A stretch of 64,000 bases of DNA from assembly GCA_964016885.1 (NCBI GenBank), contig OZ024741.1, positions 378,448,001 through 378,512,000 on the forward strand, given 5' to 3'. Below the pieces are notes generated by a model. It ran no database searches and was not told where the DNA came from. It saw only the letters and a list, made by a program, of their open reading frames with translations. Below, one piece after another: positions 56,192-64,000 of this stretch. Made by a program: the position numbers and the translations under genes. This stretch comes from Eledone cirrhosa. Its lineage: Eukaryota. Within the stretch, counting starts at the first letter, position 1; each line of letters starts with the position of its first letter.

Positions 56192-57427
56192 CTACCCCTT
56201 AAGAGTTTCAACTGTGATACTCAAATCAGTTTGTTGTTGTGCCTGCTCACCGATCTCCCTCTGTACTGTCTCAATCCACCCTGCCTGGACATTATGTCTA
56301 ACATCCTGCTCCCATATTCCTCTCCATAATGTTTTAGTTTGCTCCGCCCCAGGGATCAAGTCGTTGCCTCTTTCTTTCCCCTCAAGCTGTCCAAACAGCA
56401 TCTTCTGGTTGTTGTCGAACATGCGGTTCTGTTTGTACTGACTGACTCTATTCTCGTATCGCCTGATTTTTGCACTCTTTGCTACAATGCGTTGCTTCAG
56501 TTCCTCTATGATAATATTTAGCTTTTTCCTCCTAGTTTTGTATTTTATTTCCAGTCTATTTTTAGTGCCTATGTTTTTTAGTGTCCCATTCAGTAGTGAC
56601 TCAAGCTTTCCTATGTCATTTCTCATTTCCCCGATTTGCCCACTCAGTCGCTTGTTCCACCACGGCTCTGCTCTTTCTTGTCTGTTGTTTCCTCTCGCTT
56701 TTATACCAAGTAGTTTCCTCACCGTATTTGCTGTTGCTTTGAGGATATTGTTGCACTGGTGAAGGCTCCTCGCCTCAAGGTATGGGATGACTTTGTTTAC
56801 CTTAGCTGTTGTTTCTTTTAACTTTTTCCTGTCTACAAATCTTAGGTTCATAGGTCTCCCACTATCATTGTTCAATTCATCTACCACTAAATTTAGGATG
56901 TCAACCGAATCTTGTCCTAGCCCGTCAGCATTTATCTCCTCAGTGGCCGTATCTCTGTTCCAGGTATTATTTATCTCAGTATTCAGATCATTGTCTGCTT
57001 CGGGTGGTTCCTCCGTTCTCAGGACCTCTTCACCTTCATTTCCCACTGGCTCGCTTGTCTGGCATACTACACCCGCCATCTCCAAGCCATTCTCTCTGCT
57101 CAGTTCCTCCAGTTCCAGCTCGCTTATCCACCCATTAGTTCTTATTACCCGAGCCTGCCCGGCCAATTTTTGTTCATCTAATTTAAATAAACCAATCTCG
57201 TTCCAGATGTTATGCATCCGTCTCCTGTAGCCCCTCTCCTTGGGGTTACTTTTCAGGTAACATTGCATAACAGTTCTATTCAATTCTTTCGTCCAGTTGT
57301 TTCTGGCCCCTTTCCTTCTTCTCCTTCCTCCAACATCAGCAGTATTTGGTTGACAGTCAGGTTCCTGCTGCTGAGCCAGGGGGCACCTGTTGGGTGAGAG
57401 TCTGTCACATGACGTTCTAGTCTCCAT
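56192..57427 (-). CDS. R4/Dong ORF N-terminal segment
   Basis: 411 aa ORF; frameshift before the NWKSPGPDG motif at ~56180. Confidence 0.82.
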   Translation of the reverse strand: METRTSCDRLSPNRCPLAQQQEPDCQPNTADVGGRRRRKGARNNWTKELNRTVMQCYLKSNPKERGYRRRMHNIWNEIGLFKLDEQKLAGQARVIRTNGWISELELEELSRENGLEMAGVVCQTSEPVGNEGEEVLRTEEPPEADNDLNTEINNTWNRDTATEEINADGLGQDSVDILNLVVDELNNDSGRPMNLRFVDRKKLKETTAKVNKVIPYLEARSLHQCNNILKATANTVRKLLGIKARGNNRQERAEPWWNKRLSGQIGEMRNDIGKLESLLNGTLKNIGTKNRLEIKYKTRRKKLNIIIEELKQRIVAKSAKIRRYENRVSQYKQNRMFDNNQKMLFGQLEGKERGNDLIPGAEQTKTLWRGIWEQDVRHNVQAGWIETVQREIGEQAQQQTDLSITVETLKG

Positions 57428-57759
57428 TTCACCGTTATTCGAACTGTTTATGTTCGATATTTAAACACTCTTATCGAGGATTGGCGAATGTATGGTTACA
57501 TAGCCATCTGTGGATCCGCCATTCCACTTGGCCCTTGTGTGGCATTATCACCACGCTGTATACGAACACACATAAACAAACAAACACACAGGCAGAAAGG
57601 GCCCCAAAAATGAATAAGCATAAGTTTCATTGTAATGTAGTGTTCGAATGTCTGACTTAGTTTTTGTTTTTTAAGTTTTAGTTTTTCCCCCTCTTCTCTG
57701 TCCGTCCGCCTGCTTCTCTCTTCATTCTTATTTTCTTTACGTCTTTTGGTTTTTTTTAA

Positions 57760-57826
<67 letters not shown>

Positions 57827-57827
<1 letters not shown>

Positions 57828-60800
57828 GGTTGTCAGAGGGAGAGGACGTGTCATTACGAGCTGCGTACGTTATCGATTTTTCAATGTTTGCATTCAATTA
57901 ATTGCTGTTATTTATTTATTTTTTTGTTACAAAGGGGTCATAAGATTTCCTTATAATATTTGGTCCCAAATATTTAAACTGTTTTAAAATATTTATAGAG
58001 AAAAAAACATGGCTGGGCCTCGCCCCCAACTGCCAGTTTGCTGTCGTGTGGCAGGGCTTCTTAAACACCGAGAAGAGGGATACAGCAAATATTAATACTA
58101 CAAACACTTTAACAACACTACTACAAACAGTATGAACGACGGCAGCAACAACTGCAACATTGGGAACACTACCTTTAAATAAAAACAAATGTCAATACCT
58201 GCTACAGCAGTAACAGAGACAACCATAAGACAGACTGCAGAACAATGATAAGAAAAACAACGAAAATAATACCACCTACAAGAACAAGGACAGCAAACGC
58301 ACCAACAGCAACAACACCAACAGCACCGAGAGCAGCATGACCAAAGATATAACCAACTGCAACAACGGTAACAGCATCAACACCAATAAGAACAACACCA
58401 ACACACAACGACAACACAAACGATAACGAAAACACCAACAACAACATCAACGGAAACAAAGACAACAATATGAACAATAGTGACAGCCACACCAACAGCA
58501 ACAAACATGACAACAAAGTCATCGGGATCGACGAAACCTCACAGCAGGCAAGAGCCGCCCAAAGTCCATCATTCGCGAAGGCAGCCAAAAATGTTGAACG
58601 AGTACGCGTCATTTACACGGAGACTTGGACGGCCAATGTATTGGTAAAGGAAATCGGATACAGGGTCAGACTCAACCACCCACCCGACGTGTGTGTACGG
58701 TCCTGTATCGTACACATGGACTCGAATCGCGCCGGGTTGAAAGGGTGAATGAGCCGCGGCCGAAAGGGATAGGGATGACGTCATTGCACAGAAAACAAAC
58801 ATAGCCCGATGATCAAAGCCAGAGCATAATCGATTTCACCACTTTGCAGTGAGGAAATAATGATGGTGCCCACATACAGATGCCACAGAGTCGCGCGGGT
58901 CCAAGTAACCCAGGTTCCACCATCAGTGGAGTTCGCTTGGGTCATGGCGGCTTTCCTCGCTGATGCTGAGGTGTCAAGAACAATCCTAGATGTCATGCGT
59001 ATAAGACATGAAAACTGCTCAGGCTCTGGGATGGAGCTAGAAATTCAATGAAACCATGAGACCATAGAGGGCATCCCTGATGTGATCCACCTGGATGACG
59101 TTAGCCATCTACTCGTGACTGTTGAAGGTAGACGTCCAATGTGTCACGGGTGCGGAGACAAAACACGCCTTAAGACCTTCTGCCCAACATTCATCAAGAC
59201 GAAACCGTCTCCTTCTTCTCCCTACGCCGTGAATTGCGACTGAAGTGGCAAACAACCAAAGGCCGCACTGACAGAAAAAAATACCAGCACCAGCGACATC
59301 AACGACAAAAACACCATCTCCACCACTAACAGCACCAAGAAGACCAGTGGAGAGCATGTCCTATTCCTATATCGCTATACTGGACAGGGTGTGTGATTAC
59401 GCTGAAGGGTCGAAAACCATCGCAGTGAAGAAAAAAAAAAGCGCTCCTTCGCCCTCCAAAAAAAAAAGAGGAGGAAATAAAACAAAAAGTGAAAAAAATC
59501 AACGGCTACACACCTATAACCATTAACAGCCACACCCCACATTCACCTACACCCTCACCACCAGCATTGACAACACAACCACAACCGCCATTATTATCAT
59601 CTACCCGATCGTCACCTCCATCAACACAACAGGAAAGTGAGAAAGCACCGACATCCAAAATGCAATCACAATGCACAGCTATAAACACAGACAAGAAAAA
59701 GCTTTTAAATTACATTCAACACCACACCAACATCCCAGATACAAATTACATACAACCCACCAAAATTGCCTCTCCTAAACACTTTAAATAATTGAAATCT
59801 CTCCGAAGAATAGCAGAACATTAAAGAAAACTTTCCCTGCGGCAATCGGAGACAATCAAGGGAAACCCAACAAAAAATTTATTCTGACGTGGAGAAATAC
59901 CCCACTGGGTGACCCACCCACTTCTTGAAAGAAAAACCAAAGGTAGATTTTGGCCAAGGTGCTATCAAAGAGAATGGCTCTTGTCGTCGGTGTTCTGGTG
60001 GAAGAGGCCCTTATCCATCCACGGCAACCACCACTTCACACGATATATCTTGGAGAGGGTAGCTAGGGTACCTATTAAGGGTGGATCAAATTAGATCAGT
60101 CAAAAGCTTTCAATAGAGTCGATCATCGTTATCTGGTGGCGTTCCTTAGAGAGCAGGCTTTGGGCCCATCTTCAAAAGCTGGATCGCGGCAATGCACAGT
60201 GACCCCTGGTCTGTGGTGAGAGTGAACGGTCACCTTACGTAACCATTCAACATCATGCGATCGGTGGAAACTCCACCTTGGAGTTCTATAGAGGGTTAGT
60301 GGCAGAAAAAAAGATACATCGTCCTTGGGGAAATTCTGGGTGTTGACGAAAGCGAAATAGCTGTTCTCTTTGGTTGGACTTTCTGTCCAAAGACAATCGA
60401 TGACATCCAGATGTCTCTGGCCTGCCAGCGATACCGGGGACCGTTGCCAGTTCGAGTTAAACTTTATAGGCAGGGAATTATTATTGCATCGGCCGAGCCT
60501 GTCTGACATGCGCCCCGGGCGACGGGACTGTTCTGCACGCATTCGTCCAATGTCCGAGCATCGCTGAAATGTGGGTATATGTCGAACATCTACTGTCGCG
60601 TGTAGGATGGATCTGGCTATCAATTGAGTCGATCCTGAGGGGTGCCCCGCCGTCTCTTTCACCCAGGAGGGGCAAGAAGGTTTTATCTGGCTGGTGCCCA
60701 TGGCAAAATAGGTCATGTGGTGGACATGTTTGAAAAGGTGGAAGATAAGCACTTATCTCTTCGGTGATACCCTGATTAACTTTTTCAATTTAATTTGAAA

Positions 60801-61146
60801 AGGAAAATCAGGGTGGATTGGGAAGTACCCCATTCCCAACAATTGTTGAAAGATGGGTGAGAGATGCAAACATAACATGAGTGAACAGGCCTCCTCTGAG
60901 TATGCGCCTATAGATTGGCGGTGGAAAACTTTGTGACGGCAATTGCTCTGGTGGTCAGGGTCACATTGGCTTTCTTTAATGGGCTTTCTCCACTATTGGG
61001 GAATTTTCATTTGTTACATTTTTTGTTACATATTTTTATTTTGTTATATGAATATATTTAACCGCAGCAACTCCCAATTGTACCGTCCGATGCTGTCATT
61101 AATGTTACAATTTATGTCAACCGTTGTGGTTATTAAAGAAAGGAAC
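57827..61146 (+). mobile_element. Tx1/L1-clade LINE copy B, internally deleted
   Basis: Collinear with copy A through ORF1, then jumps to the RT at ~59945 and to the C-terminus at ~60262. Ends aaagaaaggaac(att)n and starts right after (att)n 57767-57826. Confidence 0.88.
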
Positions 61147-61158
61147 ATTATTATTATT

Positions 61159-61340
61159 GGTTTGGTAGTATATGTAGAACGCCAGGCACCATGCTTTGTA
61201 GTTTAGTGTTATGGCCCGTTTAAGTTCTAAATTCAAATCGTGCCGATGTTAACTTTGCCTTTCGTCCTTACAGGGTCGATAAAATAAAGCACCAGTAATG
61301 CAGTTAGATAATGCCTGGCCTTGTGCCACAATTAGAAACA
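61159..61340 (+). mobile_element. tRNA-derived SINE directly after the Tx1-B (ATT)n tail
   Basis: A-box-like tggtagtat.tgtaga, B-box-like aattcaaatc, body actttgcctttcgtccttacagggtcgataaaataaagcaccag. Further minus-strand copies at 61569-61690 and 62134-62270. Confidence 0.75.
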
Positions 61341-62490
61341 GGTAAGTCTTTTGTTTCTACTTTAGCAACAATCATAATAGAATTTCGACTCAGCAAATTA
61401 CGTGATAATCCCTTTTTAACAACACTAACACTGTAAAATGGGCGCTTTAGTCCGTTCAAAATTGGAAGTTTTTCATAATTTTCAAAAAATATTAGAAAAA
61501 GGACAGTTTTTTCTCTGACAAACACGATGAATCAGTATTTTAATAAGCTGCTGAAAAGGATACAGGGAATAATTGTTTCTACTTTAGGCACAAGGCCAGC
61601 AATTATCCAGTGCATTACTGGTACTTTATTTTATCGACCCCGTAAGGATGAAAGGCAAAGTCAACCTCGGCGGGATTTGAACTCAGGTAAAGGGAATGAT
61701 ACAGTAGTTTTAGAAGTTGTCAATAAAGCTGTTGACAACTGTACTCCCAACGACGAAAAGAGCAGCAACAAGAACCAAAACATAGCTACACACGTTGAAG
61801 AGTTTCCTTCTCTGTCTACCACCACCACCACTGCCGCCAATGATAACGATGGCGACATAAACAACAACCAAAAATGATTGCTACAAAAGGAAAAAGGCAA
61901 TACAGTGTCGCGGGAAAGACAGCCGCAAGCAACATGGTGGAGATAGCTACCTTCAGGAGAAACGAAGCTTATAATTCAAAGAAACGGCAGCAAAGAACAA
62001 CTAGCAGAACAAGATAATTGCCACTGTAAAGAAATGCACAATCTTAACTATAATAAAAGCAGGACTGCTGGTCAGCTTCCAGAATGTATTTTTTAATCCC
62101 GTTAGTAAAATAAGTTGGATTACTTTGAATAGATAATTGTTTCTACTTTAGGCACAAGGCCAGCAATTACCCAGTTCATTACTGGTACTTTATTTTATCG
62201 ACCCCGTAAGGATGAAAGGCAAAGTCAACCTCGGCGGGATTTGAACACAGATCGTAAAGGGACGTAACTATGGTGGAATAATGAATGAATATTACAACAG
62301 TTATCTACTCCATTTCGTGACAAATGATTAATCAAAAATAGCTTTATTGCATATTTCAAGATTCACTTATTTTAAAAGATTCATATTTCAATACGTCCGG
62401 TATATCGCCACCACCACCAAATATACATGTATAAATAGACAGAGCGAGAAAGAAAGAGAGTGTGCGAAGAGAGATACCAAGTGACAATGT

Positions 62491-62721
<231 letters not shown>

Positions 62722-63328
62722 TAGATAGTGAAATAGAATTTCAGCTGTTTGTAAACAAAGGTCATTTAGAAAACAACGCTAAGCTCTTTACCTTTCTCTC
62801 TCTCTCTATATATATATATATATCCAGGGGGTGTAACTTGGTGTAAAGGGTCCGTCGAGCTGCCGATCATTGAGACGGGTAGAATCGATACAGATCGGAC
62901 CATGAGGTGATCAGTGGCGAAACGCGCGTCACCTACGAATAAATATAATGAAGGAGTAACCAATCGTCCTTGTCATTCTTTCAATATATATATATATATA
63001 TACGTGTGTGTGTGTGTGTATATATATATAGATATATAGTTATAGGAATAACCAAAGAGTGCTTAGAAATACATTGTTTTATTAGCTAATACACCATACA
63101 CCATGACAGGAATCTTCAGTGCCTATAAACATGAGTATATCAGTAGTTGCATGCTCCATCGAGCTGCGTCACCAAAACAATGTTAAATGACCAGCAGGGG
63201 AGTCCCGCGGCTAACGTTATATGGAAAAAGACATGAATAAATGATGCACATAATGTCATAAAATGTCTTAAAAATTTAAAATTTAAAAATTAAAATTAAA
63301 AATGACACCAAAAATGTATCACTTAGAT

Positions 63329-64000
63329 CAGTGATCGCCAACCTTTCTAAAACCGAGGAACCCTCTAAATATTTTGAATTCTTCACGGAACCTATACAAT
63401 TCAAAACCTTTAAAAAAAAAAAAATAAAGTATTTATTTATTTTAGTGTTTCATGCGTGTGTATGTAATCGAACACAATTAACTAGTGGCTTTTCTGCTGC
63501 TGCGCCTCATCAGTGAGTTTAGAAAATCGAGGTTCAACACTAGTTAATGCCAGTCTCATACACTCGTCAATTGCTAACAGTTTATTCATCTTCTTTGTGC
63601 AGATTTCTACAAACTGCGAAAACCCTTCGCACAAGTATCTAGATGGGAATAAAGTAAAATACTTCAATGCAAGTTGGCTGATTTCATTAACTACCCAATC
63701 AAGAATAAGTCGATCCATAGTTCTTCCTTTCTGCTTTCGAATATCACTTCCAGGTCTTCGTTTGAATTCAAATCCATCAACTGATGTAAGCATTGTGCAG
63801 TCAGTAAATTGTTACAATTTCCAGCGTCATTTTCTGACACTAACTGCTCGATCTCGGTGAACGGGTTTTTTATCCATACATTTCCGCTAACAATATCTTT
63901 TTCCATCAAGTCAAAATAATCTGAAAAACTTCTGGAACGCACATTTAAATGAGAAAGAATAATCTTTCATTAGATTGCTGGAGTAAAAATCTTCTCTCTT
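63329..64000 (-). mobile_element. hAT (Charlie/Buster-type) DNA transposon 3' end, decayed
   Basis: Terminal cagtgatcgccaacct TIR-like end. WIKNPF...LALKYFTLFPSRYLCEGFS...MRLALTSVEPRFSKL...QKSH is the hAT dimerisation domain with a Buster-like C-terminus. Confidence 0.85.

Larger units (their letters stand above)
53966..57765 (-). mobile_element. Near full-length R4/Dong-clade non-LTR retrotransposon in (TAA)n
   Basis: Single ORF from 57427 with few lesions: NWTKELN..VMQCY; [19 protein letters not shown]; [13 protein letters not shown]; [13 protein letters not shown]; HLLFMDDLK; CRIC...[10 protein letters not shown]; RHD; PDLVVVD...DVACP...IPIVIGALG (RLE). (TAA)n on both sides. Confidence 0.92.

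Overview
AT-rich, repeat-saturated animal genomic DNA; a cephalopod such as Octopus is my inference from the SINE family and microsatellite load. I found no supportable host exon. The window is almost entirely retrotransposon-derived and splits into two microsatellite niches. (1) (AT)n tracts carry many Penelope-like element (PLE) fragments (RT and GIY-YIG endonuclease) and non-coding derivatives with type I hammerhead ribozymes (HHRs). Many of these are head-to-head palindromes with both 3' ends facing outward. (2) (ATT)n/(TAA)n tracts carry a stack of Tx1/L1-clade LINE, R4/Dong LINE, a second Tx1 copy and a SINE (47.7-61.3 kb). The most notable object is a young 3.4 kb non-coding tandem array (4373-7742) of 467-473 bp units, each with one minimal hammerhead (7 copies, 6 with intact core). 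The array flips orientation once in the middle and resembles an animal retrozyme/circular-RNA element. RTE LINE remnants, a nested CRE-like fragment and the 3' end of a hAT transposon are also present. All alignments and folds were done by eye and coordinates may be off by a few bases.
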